DNA of 64,000 bases from Octopus vulgaris (Eukaryota), in assembly GCA_951406725.2 (NCBI GenBank), contig OX597827.1, positions 29,326,001 through 29,390,000 on the forward strand, given 5' to 3'. The position numbers and the translations under genes are program-made. The notes under the pieces are model-generated. The model searched no databases, was not told the DNA's origin, and saw only the letters and a list, made by a program, of their open reading frames with translations. Of this stretch, positions 13,375-27,096 are shown piece after piece. Numbering within the stretch: position 1 is the stretch's first letter; every line of letters begins with the position of its first letter.

Positions 13375-13676
13375 GGTTCCTTTTCGAGCCATGCCTGGCT
13401 CATAAGGATCGGTTTCCCAGTTTCCTTGGCGTATAGGTCTCCCCGCTCTGGACGGGACGCCGGTTCATCGAAGGTGAGCTGCAAGATGCAGGAGGAAAGA
13501 GTGAGAAAATATTGTGACGAAAGAGTCAGCAGAAGTTCGCTATTACCTTCTGTCGGAGCTGCGTAGAGCTTAGGTGTTTAGCTCATAAACACACACATCG
13601 CCCGGTCTGAGATTCGAACCCGCGATCTCTCGACCACGAGTCCGCTGCTCTAACCACTAGGCCATGTGCCTCCACA
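13375..13676 (-). mobile_element. tRNA-derived SINE, family C
   Basis: Minus strand has an A box (TGGCCTAGTGGTTAG) and a B box (GGTTCGAATC); homologous to 57976-58288, 59325-59632 and 56925-57140. Confidence 0.85.
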
Positions 13677-14089
13677 ATGCCACATGGTGGATGTGAACTA
13701 TTTCGGCACATAAACGTATTGAGTCGATGGGGAATATCACAAGATCCTGAGCGGATGAACAGGCAACGAACTGTCAACGGCCAAGATTAAACAGTTCAGT
13801 AAGTGAAATTTTACTATCATCTGTAGATGTGGTGTACGTAGATGAGATATTTCAGCAAGCGAAAGACCAATATAACTAAAACTCAAACCAGACGCTCATG
13901 CCACATCGCTCGATCAGAAAGTCTGGCGTGGAAGATTTACATTGATCCGACTTGGAGATTGGCTGGAAAGTGTTTCAAACTCTCTCCGCAGTTTTGTCCA
14001 TTTCTCTACAATTAATTTTTTTTCTCGAAATGTAACTAACTATCTATCTGTCTATCTATTTATCAATCTGTCTATCTGTCGTCTGTCTG

Positions 14090-14147
<58 letters not shown>

Positions 14148-14294
14148 CGTCTACCTATTTATCTATCTAACTGTCTGTCTACCTATCTATCTATCTATGT
14201 CTCTAGTTATCTGACTATCAAACTTTTTATCAATAAATCTAGCTATCAGCTTATTCTTTCATTCCAAAATCTCTCTTTTTCTTTCTCGCTCTCC

Positions 14295-14339
<45 letters not shown>

Positions 14340-14340
<1 letters not shown>

Positions 14341-14660
14341 CAGACACCTTTTAACAAAATTTCTGAAAAGCAGCACTTCCCTCTCTACCCTCACTTGCCT
14401 TTTCAAGTGAAACTTGAAAGGGTTGATGAGGTCTTGGCCAAAGAGGAAAGTGTCTGTCTTCAACACATTCAACCTGGTCCACCTCACAACGTCTTTCGCT
14501 AAGGTCACCAGATAAAGAAACACTGCCTGCCTTTCTCGACCAAAGCAAAGCAGCGTGGCAATTTTCACGATGGACTCAGCTAATAGCCGGAGCTATCCTA
14601 CAGGCAACAGGAGGCGTTCGACATAAACCCACAAGTGCTAGACCAGAGCGTGAATAATAG
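14340..14660 (-). mobile_element. Tx1/L1-clade LINE ORF2 C-terminal fragment
   Basis: AESIVKIA...GQDLINPFKFHLKRQVRVEREVL is homologous to the ORF2 end at 37575-37900. Confidence 0.8.
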
Positions 14661-15274
14661 TTTTGCGCGAATCTCTAGCAAGCTCGGTTGGCGGCACTTC
14701 CATGAGTTTATCCCAAACCGGTAATTCCGCCCCCGTCCTACTGACAGGCCAGGGATTTCTACAGGTTATCCATTGGCCCCGGCCCAAAAGTCCTCCAGAA
14801 CAGACCAACCTACTCATTTTCATCGACGCCCAGTGTCTCCCCAAGAAGTTCCTCTCACTTGCTCACTACTAATCCTCTGCAGAACACCTGAGTGGAACTT
14901 TTACCGACAACATTGCGAACGTGTGTGATATTATTACATATACCATGTGTTCGCTAATTGTTTCAGATGAACCTAGTTACGAGCAGATACAAACCTCTCT
15001 AAAACTACTCTTCCTTCTCCTCTTTGGCACAAAATTACATAAAGGATGTGACTGCAAGGAGGAGAGAGTTTCACTAGCAGTCGATCGAGTGGTACTCTTT
15101 TTCAGTTGACTATGCCCGGAGCTACGTGAAACGAAGTACCTTGCTCAAGAATGCAATGAACCTCACGGTTCAGGAACGGAAAACACATTATGATCGTGGG
15201 CTGACCACATTGACCTCTAAGTCAGTGTTTATTTAATTAGATACTCTTCTTTCTGTGTATGCATCTGTCTTTCT

Positions 15275-15322
<48 letters not shown>

Positions 15323-15335
15323 TCTATCTATATAC

Positions 15336-15417
<82 letters not shown>

Positions 15418-16484
15418 GTCTGTCTGTCTCGCTGTCTGTCTGTGTGTATGTATGTATGCATGTATGTCTATTTGTCTATCAAACAAAATCATTTACTAAA
15501 ATGCTGTCCTAAATAGTTTAAATTTCTCTCTCCAAAGACGAGACCTTGCTGCAAACGTTTGAAGGCATGTTGCCTACGTCATACAAACTTATTCAAATTT
15601 GTAAATTTTATTACTTAAACAGCCAATTTGTTAAAGTTTTGCCGCTAATTTAATCGACTCCTTACAACTTTCTTTTAACCTAAAATCTCAGGTTTCTTCT
15701 TGATTATATAATTAAAACTCGTACGGTTTCACTTCCGCTTTTACCTCTAATAACATGATTCTATTTTCATGTCATATTCACTGATTCCGTTCTGAATTTC
15801 ATTTGGTTCCACTTTGAGCTTTTTCTCCCTCATTATTCATTGAAATACTTTTAACCTCGACTTGGCTTTATAATTTTCCTGTTACTTTCTCTCCTAATGT
15901 AACGATTCCTTTCATCGTGTGTTCCCTTACCTTTTAAAATTGAAATTGTAAATTAAAAATTGTAAATTTTCTTGCACGTCAATTCAGCTATTCTCGTATT
16001 TTTTTCCTTCTCATCAATACACTGCGCTATGAAATTTTAAAATACTGCTTTTCTTTTTTTTTTTACCTGGGGGAGCGAGGTCTCTATATACGTGCGCGTG
16101 ATTGGAATCCAATTAGCAAATCAATAATATTGATTTCTCTCATAGTCAATATTATTAGTTTTCGTCTTCTTTCCTTCTTGTGAAATATACAATCGATTTT
16201 ATCGATTCCAGTACCTGATTAGAATTTTGTTATTTTATAGATTACCAGAGTGGCGGATTAAATGAATCACCAAAGCATCGAGCATACCACTTTGTAGCGT
16301 TTATACCAGTTCTTTACCTTCTGAGTTCAAATCCGGCCCAGGTCAGTGAATTGCTTTTCATCTTCTCCAGTATTTTATTTAGACTACTGAGCAAACTGAT
16401 GGACGTGTCCCAAATATACGACTGCTTCTTCCCGAAAACTTGTGACCATGTACCTATCCGAAAAATTTCTATTTTACACATAAG

Positions 16485-16852
16485 AGCAGACTTGGCTGTG
16501 TGGAAAGAAGTTTGACCCTCAATGACATGGTTCCAGGTTCAGTCCCGCTGTGTGGCACCGAGGGCAAGTGTCTTCTATTTTAGCCTCAAGCAGTCCAAAG
16601 CCTTGTGAGTAGATTTAATAGACGGAAACTGTAAGAAGCCTATTGTATATTATGTGTATGTGTGTGTATGTGTGCGCGCATGGATGTGTGTGTGTTTGTC
16701 CCCCAACATGGCTTGACAACTGGTGATGATGTCCCCATAACTTAGCGGTTAGGCAAAAGAAACCGATAGAAAAAGTACTAGGCTTAAAACAAAATAAGTA
16801 CTAGGGTCGATTCATTCGATTGAAAGTTCTTCATTTCAGTGCCCCAGCATGG
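16485..16852 (+). mobile_element. SINE family B, diverged
   Basis: Colinear with 3489-3882. Confidence 0.8.
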
Positions 16853-17349
16853 AACAAAGAAAAAAAGAAAGAAAACCAGATCTCGAAATTATGAAGACAA
16901 AGTTGACTTCCGATGGATTTGGACTCACAGCAAGCAGCTATGTAACTAATTATCCAATTCGTTTTATCCGTCACTCTACAGTGTCATCCAAAATTCTTTG
17001 ATTCTCATTTAGCTACAAGGCCAGCAATTTTCAGAGAAAGACAGAGTAATCGATGCCACTAATCCAATGTTTGACTTGTACTTTATTTTTATCGATCACG
17101 AAAGGCTGAAAGCAAAGTCGAACTCGGCAGGTTTTGTACTCAGAATGATAAATCCTATTCTGCCTATATTATTTTAATAGTATGTGTATTTGCGTGCTTG
17201 TATAGGTTCATTTTCCATTTCGCAAAATAATCTTTCACCGGTTATCTGGAAGAAGCAGTTGTTTATTTGGGACACGCCCATCAGTTTGCTCAGTAGTTTA
17301 AATAAATTCTCCTTAGTGGTGCTGAAGAGATGGTAGTCTGAAGACCCTA

Positions 17350-17595
17350 AATCTGCCGAGTGTGAAAGTAGTGAAGAAGCGTCTCAAAGAACAGTCAACA
17401 GAATTTTACGGGGCAGGGAAACATGCTCTCATTCGAAGGTGGAACATTGCTATTGAGAGAAACGGTGACTATGTTGAGAAGTAGGGGTGTGATCCACAGA
17501 GGACCAGCTTCATTTTGGTGAATGATACATGTTACTGTGTCTGTAATTACACCTGTCCTAAACAAAATGGCATTATTTTTTACTTACTCTCGTAT
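17350..17595 (+). mobile_element. Mariner transposase 3' remnant
   Basis: LKEQSTEFY...HALIRRWNIAIERNGDYVEK* followed by a TIR-like end ...TTACTCTCGTA. Confidence 0.75.
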
Positions 17596-18224
17596 ATATA
17601 TATCAGGATAAGATCGTTATTTTAAATAGCGATCAAATCTAATGGCAGTATGGGAAGAAAAACCTTATACGCTATAATAATTATTAAAATTATAAATAAG
17701 GGTATTTAATAGATACCACCATGCTTGAAATAGAAGTCAAAACCTGATTCTAAAACCACATCAAGTACTGAATACAGCAGTTGAAAAGACAAAATACGAA
17801 TAAACTAGTAAAAATTGGATAATTCCAGACTCCGGGTTTCTGACTTTCTATAAAAATATACTCTCCTGTTGTCAATGAAATATACCGTGAATTATACATA
17901 AATACACTTATATACGTAAACATACCAATACACGCGTATACGCACGAGTATATATATATATATAATATATACAAGTCCAGTTGTCCATTCAGAAATTATG
18001 TGCTATATTGCCAAAATACCACTGCAGTGAATATAATGACGAAGTGAATATATATAAAATATCTATATAAATATGGATAAGATCGTTATTTCAAATAACG
18101 ATCAAATCTCGTGTCAGCATGGGAAGAGAAGAACCCTAAAGGTTATAATAATGATTAAAATTATAAATAAGGGTATAGAAGAGATACCACCATCGGGTGG
18201 CTTGTAAACTAGTATATAAGCTTT

Positions 18225-19157
18225 TAGTCTTCATAAATGACTTGTCCGACGACCTCACGCAACACACCCTTCTATTTGCCGATGATGTCAAACTGGTCGC
18301 TCCTCGCGGTGATATAGATGATCTTCGTCGATGCCTCCACCAAGTTTGGAGGTGGTCAAACGAATGGGACCTGTGTCTAAACGTGTCAAAGTGCTGTCAT
18401 CTGCCTGTTGGCTCTTCTCCTGCAACTCAACTTGATTTCGAGCCGGGTCGTCTGCTGCTGGAGAGGACCGACCAGGTAAAGGACCTGGGTATCTTGGTGG
18501 ATTCTTCCTGTTCGCCTTCGGCCCAGTACGTCCATGCTGCCAACAAAGCACGCAGAGTTTTGTTTTTGATTCGACGGTCATTCGGAATGCTCACAGCAGC
18601 CATATTCCTACCGCTCTATGTCACGCTGGTTTGACCCATATTGGAGTACGGGATTCAAGCCTCTTCTCCTTATCTCCTCAAAGACATACATCACCTCGAA
18701 AGCGTCCAGAAGCTGGCTACCCGCATGGTTCTTGGTCTCAAGCATTTGTCTTATGAAGAAAGGCTGAAGACGCTCGATCTTTATTCTCTAGAAAAACGAC
18801 GACGCCGTGGTGATCTCATTCTCGCTCACAACATCATAAGCGGAAAGTGTAACCTCTCGAAAGAGCTGTTCTTCACTCCTGCTCCAGAGCGTCGGCTGCG
18901 GGGTCACTCCGAAAAGCTCTATCTGCGACTATTTCATCTCAATCGAAGGAGAGGGGCTTTCTCCGTCCGGGTTGCGGATCCGTGGAATAAGCTGCCGGAC
19001 GAGATAGTGAATATGCCGACGACCGCTCGGTTCAAAGTCTCTCTTGACCAGAAATGGCCTGAACTCTTTGCATGAACACCCTCCCTGTACATAACTCCAT
19101 GTCCCCCTACATGGCCTTCCTTTTTGCTTTTTGAGCCAAAAAATTAACTTAACTTAA
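18225..19157 (+). mobile_element. CR1-group LINE, 5'-truncated 3' end (RT C-terminus)
   Basis: FINDL...LFADDVKL RT motif and LSYEERLKTLDLYSLEKRRRRGDLI. The two ORFs are in one frame, split by a single TGA at 18632-18634. The element ends in an (AACTT)n tail. Confidence 0.88.
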
Positions 19158-19610
19158 GCAACTGACCCCGAATGGGAAGATCTGCAAGCAGATCTTTGAC
19201 TGGTTTTGGAGAATTTGTTGCAATTGCTTCCTCCAGAGTCATATCCTAATCATGATCATATTTGTCGCAAAAAATCATATAAAAAAAAATCGCCAAAATC
19301 AATCGCAATAATGAAAGCATAGGTATACAAAATTTCAGGATTGCAGGTCTGGATTCGGCCCAGAATGTTTTTCATTTAATCACAGTGTTAGCCCTTGGAT
19401 TATAAAAATTGTTATCGTACAAAAAAATTTGTCGCAAAAAGTCCCGTAAAATTGCCGAAAACAATCGGAGTAATGAAAACTTGGGAATCCAAAATTTCAG
19501 GATTGTGGGTCCAAAATGGTATAATATATTGGGCTGTGGCCGCTAGGAGTAAAGTTGACACACTGGCATTCACATTTATTATACAACATTACATTACTAT
19601 ATTATATTAA

Positions 19611-19800
19611 GGCGGCGAGCTGGCAGAATCGTTAGCGGTATTTCGTCCGCCGTTAGGTTTAGAGTTCGAATTCCCCCAAGGTCGACTTTGCTTTTCATCT
19701 TTTCGGGGTCGATAAAATTAGTACTAATTACCTACTGGGTCAATCGACTTAATCCCCTCCACCAAATCTGTGAACCTGTACTTCCAGTACAAAGGATTTA
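19611..19800 (+). mobile_element. SINE family A (tRNA head plus Meta-domain-like core)
   Basis: GGCGAGCTGGCAGAATCGTTAGC...GGTCGACTTTGCTTTTCATCTTTTCGGGGTCGATAAAA. Other copies lie at ~20210-20400, 34608-34800, 56050-56490 and 61550-61905 (+), and 16880-17145, 53640-53850 and 59085-59280 (-). Confidence 0.8.
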
Positions 19801-19900
19801 TCAAAGTTCAAAAAGTGTGACACACTGACATTCACCTTTATTATATTAGATATGTTTAATTTTGGAGAAACTTTATTTCAGTTAAAGTGTATTTTATATG

Positions 19901-19949
<49 letters not shown>

Positions 19950-21458
19950 GTGTGTGTATGTATTAAAGAAAGCAAAAAATAAAACAAAAATGTTAGTGTT
20001 CAATATGTAGGTTCTGCATTCAGTATGTAGGCCACAGGAATTTCAAAGACACATGGTTAACTAAAGTTTCCAGGTTGATAATTTGTTGCAGAACCACCAT
20101 TGGAAGTGACAGCATCATAGAATGTGTCTTTGAAAAGTTATTCCAGTCGAGCCGAGGTTATCTTAGACCTCTCTAAGATATTCTTAATATTTTAAGATAA
20201 CAAACCGGAGAGAAGGCGGAAAAAAATGCTTAGCTGCATTTCATCCGTCTTTACGTTCTCAGTGCAAAATCTACCGAGATCAACTCTAGCTTTTATTCTT
20301 TTTGGGGGTCGATGAAATAAGGACCAGTTGAGCACTGGGGTCGATGTAATTAAGTTGCACCGTCTCGCAAAATTTCTGGCCTTTTACCTGTTGTAGAACG
20401 GAAGCCAACGAAAGTATATAAAATTTGAAGGTGTACATTTTATGACAGCGGTATATCTTTCAAAATGAGATACTTAGTCATGGCTATAGAAAAAAATCCA
20501 CTGAATAGACTAAATACCCTATGCAATGTTGTGACTGTATACGAACTGATAACACATTGGTAACTTTTTATAAGATCGTTCTACCGCATCAGCTATTTAT
20601 GTAACTTTCTTCCCCGACTCACACTCTATTAACTGCAGAATGCCCCAACTTTCACTTCCATGACCTTCCTCTTATACAAAAGCATTCCAGAACTCAGCGA
20701 ACTTAAAAGCTCCGTTGTGAGGTATTTCTGTTTTATTAAACCTTAGATTATTGGTGATAAGCCTTTATTTCGCTGCTTTCATATTGCTCATAATTCGATT
20801 GATCTCTGTGGCAAACTGTGTGACATAAAATAACGTGATCGAACGTGACAGCGTACTAACCAAATAAAATTCAGTTTTTGATCAGATTATCACCGCAAAT
20901 AAGAAGTTTAGGATAAGAATATATCTCAGGGTGCATCGGGAGTCAATTAAACAGATTTCCGGTGATATACAGTATTTCAACAAATATTAGGATGGTACCC
21001 GCTTCGTAATCAAGCTACGATTACGGAAAGCGATTGAATGCATGCTTTTTACATATATCAGATCCGAACATACGTGCATACAAACATATGTGTGTGTAGA
21101 CATTGCTACATATATATAGACACACAAATATGCATAAATATATGTGTGATCCATGTACGTATGTACAACTACATACACACAAAGAAGCGCGCACACATAT
21201 ATACGTTCTAGCCCAATGATGTGTTTTCAGACATATTATCTATGAGCGACATTCTCTCCTGTGACGATTTTCGCCGCAAAAGGTCTTTCCACATCCGAGT
21301 GTACACGAACATATTAAATATCATTGTACAAATCAATAATTTCCTGCAATATTCATTCGTGCCACTCCAATATTCCACCTGTCCCTCTATCTATCTATCT
21401 ATTTATCAATCAGTCTGTCTGTTTATCTACCTATCTATATCTATACACACACACACAC

Positions 21459-21530
<72 letters not shown>

Positions 21531-21557
21531 CAATTTTTACAGCATACACATGCACTC

Positions 21558-21593
<36 letters not shown>

Positions 21594-21606
21594 ACGTGTG
21601 TGCGTG

Positions 21607-21638
<32 letters not shown>

Positions 21639-22223
21639 CGTGTGTGTGTGCATGTGTGTGTGTGCTTGTGTATGTGTCTATAGATGTGTGAATATTTGTG
21701 CGCGGTTGGAGGATCGTGGGTGGATGTTTGGCGAAGTGGTAAGTGCATGCGCATATGTGCATGCAAATAAATATTACAACCTGCACTTGGAAGCACCGAT
21801 TCCAGCATTCACCTAAGAACACGTCTCCATAGCATAGGAAGGGCTAGGATTATCGCTTAACGAAACGAATATTTCTCGTGTACAGACTACTGCACTTATA
21901 AGCTTAGCTTATGGAGATACGAGATTGATTATTTTATCTCCTTAGCTAGAGAGCGTTTACAGAGACGTTACGCGGCTTTTGTTGAAGCAATCCCGAAAAA
22001 ATCTTTGCCATCCGTTTAATATGTTTGGATAAAAAGCAGTTATATGAATATTACTTATACATACACACTTACTATTCATATTGTTAGTTTTACGTGCAAA
22101 AGTCATGAGCGTGTAAGCATGCTTTAAAGGCGAACGTGCAGTGAATAATTTTGAAGTGATTAATACGATTAAATATTTATAAATATATGTATATGTAAAT
22201 ATATATATATATGCATATATATG

Positions 22224-22291
<68 letters not shown>

Positions 22292-22409
22292 ATGCTGTAT
22301 GTGTATGTGTAGGCGTGTGGAGGGTTGGTATTAGTCAGAGGATTCTTAATCGATGCAAGAGATTCACGATGTTCAAGAATGATGTATACGTATAAATACA
22401 TACATGCAT

Positions 22410-22440
<31 letters not shown>

Positions 22441-22600
22441 CACATATACATAATATAAATGTGTGTGTTTGTGTATATATGTTTATATGAATATATAATG
22501 TTTGTGTTTGTGTATATGTGTTTATATGAACATATATGTATGTATTTGTGTATATGAATATAAATGTGTGTGTGTGTGTATGTGTGTGTACATGACCGTT

Positions 22601-22648
<48 letters not shown>

Positions 22649-22987
22649 TGCGGATGTTTCTATGTATGTATATAAAATACGTATGTCTCAATAAATGGAG
22701 ACGTTTGCTCCGAATGCTGGGAGCATGTATTTCGGCGTGCGTATGTATGTAAGGGTGTACATACACATACCTCGTGTAATGCTTTCTTTTTAAGATATAC
22801 AAGTATATTTTTGGGACTGTAGCTATCTGTCTATCCATGCATTCATTCATCCATCGCCGTGTATATGTATATATGCATCTATACATACTACACTCTTATA
22901 CACACATATACATAAATGCATATATGTATATTAGTTCGAATATATATTATACATACACAAATATATATATATCATGTATGTGTGTAT

Positions 22988-23305
22988 GAAGGCGCGTGCC
23001 TTAGTGGTTAGGGCACTCGACTCACGATCGTAAGGTTGTGAGTTCGATCTCCGGCGACGCGTTATATTCTTGAGCAAGACACTTCATTTCACGTTTCTCC
23101 AGTCCACTCAGCTGGCAAAAATGAGTAGTACTGTATTTCAGATTTCAAAGGGTCAGCCTTGTCACACTTTCTGTCACGCTTAACCCCACCCCACTTACGT
23201 TAGGGGACTATAGATTGCTCAGCCTGTGGAATGCTCGAGCCACTTGCACGTTAATTTCACGAACAAGCTGTTCTGTTGATCGTATCGGCTGGGACCCTCG
23301 TCCCA
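22988..23305 (+). mobile_element. tRNA-derived SINE, family D
   Basis: A box TAGTGGTTAGG, B box GAGTTCGATC, then CTTGAGCAAGACACTT...CCAGTCCACTCAGCTG; related fragments at ~15070-15220 and ~50430-50590 (-). Confidence 0.75.
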
Positions 23306-23444
23306 GCCTTATGTGTATATAGGCACCTTATGTGTATATATGCTTATACACATACACTCTTACACACATATATACATACATCCATATATGTATATTTGTT
23401 CCTATATTCTTACTATATATAAAAGTATATATTTTGTATATACA

Positions 23445-23524
<80 letters not shown>

Positions 23525-23853
23525 AGTGTGTATTCGTGTATATATATATATATATATATTCATAAATGCATACACACCACATATATATATATATGTATTT
23601 ATATAAAACATACGACCCGAAGGTCACCATTACCATTATTTCTTCCAGATAATGAGATGAAGAAGGTCTTGTAAGGTTAATGGATATAGGAAAAACTATT
23701 GTCGGATGCTAAATAGAGAGAACTACTAAAGAGATACAAATTTTATTTTTAATAAAATGGATTAAATTTTAATACAGTCTTGTCGTTTATATGAAACACC
23801 CACATAGTAATATTTGTATACTAGCGTCTGTCTATCTATCTATCCATCTTTCT

Positions 23854-23896
<43 letters not shown>

Positions 23897-23915
23897 CATA
23901 TATATATGTAGATAT

Positions 23916-23944
<29 letters not shown>

Positions 23945-23951
<7 letters not shown>

Positions 23952-24545
23952 GTAAAAAGTGAAAAAACTACAGAAGGCTTGTTTTAAAAGGTTAAAAAAT
24001 ATATTTGAGTCATTATGTCAGAAGAATGTTATAAAATTTGTTCATACAGTGACATAGTTTTTGAAGAAATTACCGGTTTCGTGTTAACTTTTCAAATTTC
24101 TAAAAACATCGTGTTATGACTTCGTTATGAAGTGTAAAGGGGAGTTCCAGGTAAGGGGAGGTAATAAGTGATTTCTTCCGGTGTAAGGGAGATAATCGCT
24201 TTATATTTCTTGCCTCTTTTACTTAATGGGGTGAGTTTCTCTGTATAAGAATGTTAGAGTGGTTAAGTTTGGGCTTATATTTTTCAATGAAGAATGTTTC
24301 CTTGTTTAGTCTAATTTGTGTTGGTGTTCCAATAGCACATTGATAAAATGGAAAGATTAAAAATTGTGGTAGTAGTTGCTTTGCGCATTTCTCAATATGC
24401 TCACTAAAGGGTATCATTCTGTATTCTGGGAATGCAATCTGTTGTCCATGCAGTGTGCATCTACGTCTGAGTGATAGTCCCGTGGACCCCACGTAGTTTT
24501 GGTGGCACCCCGAGCATCTTATGACATAAATTATGTTTTCAGAGT
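23945..24545 (-). mobile_element. Penelope-like element 3' fragment: GIY-YIG domain plus pseudo-LTR
   Basis: Minus strand reads ENIIYVIRCSGCHQNYVGSTG...FLIFPFYQC...KYKPKLN with a stop at 24223. The downstream non-coding part contains an HHR motif and ends at (TA)n. Confidence 0.88.
24065..24101 (-). ncRNA. Minimal type I hammerhead with mutated core
   Basis: AGAAAT-TTGAAAA (two changes from CTGAAGA)-GT TAAC AC-GAAAC-CG-GTA-ATTTCT; 6-bp stem I and palindromic stem III ACCGGT. Confidence 0.7.
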
Positions 24546-24695
24546 TTTATTATGGCAACTGACTAATTTGTCACATATTATGTTATAGATAAATTCTTCT
24601 ATTTACATAATATTGAGGTCTCTTTCATTCTTCTGTTGTCATATGATTATTATTATTATTATTATTAATATATATATATACGTTTATATGTATAA

Positions 24696-24741
<46 letters not shown>

Positions 24742-25244
24742 TAAATGCGAAAACTAATTTGTGTGTGTCAGTGTGTCACACTTTAAACCCATCTCTCACT
24801 ATCCAATGACGCTTCTACTATTCCACCTGCTGGGGTGAGAGTAAGAGTAGGCGTAGAAACGGTGAGGGTAGTGGCGAAGACAGAGAGAAAGAACGAGAAA
24901 AAAAAAGAGAGGGAGATAAAGATAGTCAAAAATGGCAGCGGGAGTAATAATAAGAGAAAGAGAAAGACTGGATCTGTAAGAGAAAGATATATATGCCTTT
25001 GATAGACAGAAGAATTACACCACCTACATTTGAGGGTGCTTTCGCAATCTCTGTTCATGGATTTTATGCAAATTTTACGTGTAAAGTCGTCGATCATTTA
25101 AGAGGGAATAAAGAGTGGTATTTTCTGTGTGGATGAGCTTTCGTGCACGAGCTGGTAAGTGAGTCATTGAGGTATAATAGGAAATTCGGATGATGAACCC
25201 GAGTCAAAGACTGAGCTTCAACAGCCTATGCTGTAATAATCCTT

Positions 25245-25860
25245 TGTGTTATAAGGCCTGAAATTTTGGGGCTGCATTGGGACCCAGTGTTCATCGACAC
25301 CGAAAAGCAAATTCGACCCCGGCAGAATTTGAACTCAAAATGTAAAGGTGAACGAAATGGCACTAAGCATTTTGCCCAGCGTTCTAACGATTCTGCCAAC
25401 TTCCAGCTCACCGCATATGTCATAATTATGGTTTCAAATTTTTCCACAAGGGCACCTATTTGGGGGGAAGGGATGAGTCGACTACATCAACTACGGTGTT
25501 CAACTGGTACTTATTTCATCTACCCCGAAAAGATCAAAAGCAAAGTGGACCTCAGTGGAATTTGAACCCAGAATGCAAAGACGTAGGCTTTACGACCGGC
25601 GTGCTAGCGATTCTGCCAACTCGCCGCATTGATAATAGTAATAATAATGGTTTCAAATTTTGACACATGAGCAGCAATTTGGGCAAGGAGGTGAATCGAT
25701 TACATCAATCCCAGTGTTCAACTGGTACTTATTTTATCGACCCCGAAAGGATGAAAGGCAAATTCGACCTCGGTGGAATTTGAACTCAGAACGTAAAGAC
25801 GGACGAAATACCGCTAAGCATTTAGCTCGGTGTGCTTACTATTCTGCCAACTCGCTACCT
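25245..25860 (-). mobile_element. Three tandem family A SINE copies
   Basis: Repeated CAACTGGTACTTATTT...GACCTCGGTGGAATTTGAAC...CTGCCAACTCGC units. Confidence 0.8.
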
Positions 25861-26226
25861 TCGTTTGTCATAATAATACAATTTAATTTAAGGCTGAAAA
25901 CAGAAGACAGAAACAGGCGGACAGATTTGACAGAACATTTATATACCAGACACAAACAAACTTTCCGCTCATGTTGAGGTTAACGACACGTTCAGTGCTA
26001 AAGTACGCATGTGAGTGTCATAGGAGAGTAGGTCGACAGTGTTGGTAATTGTTAGCAGTTAAGAGAGGGGGGAAAAAGACAGGCAAACAGACAGAGACAG
26101 AGAGGGACAGATCCAGACAAAGACAGCGAAGGAGATGATCAACGTGCTGGACAACGACGCTTTTGACAGCCGTCTCTTTTATCGTTGAGATATTGTCTGA
26201 AGGTCCAAATAAGTATTAGTAGTAGT

Positions 26227-26295
<69 letters not shown>

Positions 26296-27017
26296 TGTTG
26301 TTGTAGCAAAAAGCCGCAGTTGCAGCAGTAGCGTCGTAGTAGCAGAAGTTGTGCTGGCAGTCGTCTTGTTTACTAGTGTGTATATACAGAAAATATTCTG
26401 GAGTTTCACTACGTTGTTTTCCTTTAGGTTTTCTTTTTATTAAAACTGTGATAAACACGTTCTATTTCATGAACATGAGGTCATATAATTTTATTTTTAT
26501 TTTAGTTTGTTTTGCTTTTGTCTCTTGTTTGTTTTGCTAATCTCCATTTCTGTTTTGAAAGTCACATCAGCGTTGATGTTATTTGACACCGAATCATTTG
26601 ATGATGTAGCTAAAGCTCATCACAACCCAACGATTCATCTGTGTGACTGTCAGGTATTTTTTCTCCTTAGACAATTTCAACTAGTCTTTATGTTCGTCAT
26701 TCCCTTTTCTCACAAAGACATACATGCATACATACACATATACATGTATATTTATATATGGAGAGAATTCACGAAAAAAAAACAAAAGACGAAGACAGGT
26801 GGTGTAGAAAACAAACAAGTTTTTAATGTTTCGAACCTACGCTCTTCCACAGAAAGGAACACAGAAAGAAACAAGGAGAGAAAAAAATGTGTGTAGTGGC
26901 TACCGATCTATCATGGCGAATGTATGTATGTATGTATCTATAGATAGGTAGATAGAAAGATAGATATACAAATATACATGTATGTATATATGTGCATATA
27001 TATATATATATATACTG

Positions 27018-27096
<79 letters not shown>

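Noticed and set aside
13600-13676. tRNA-like sequence (also 22990-23055 and 57978-58050)
   Set aside because: SINE heads continuous with SINE bodies; no proper acceptor stem.
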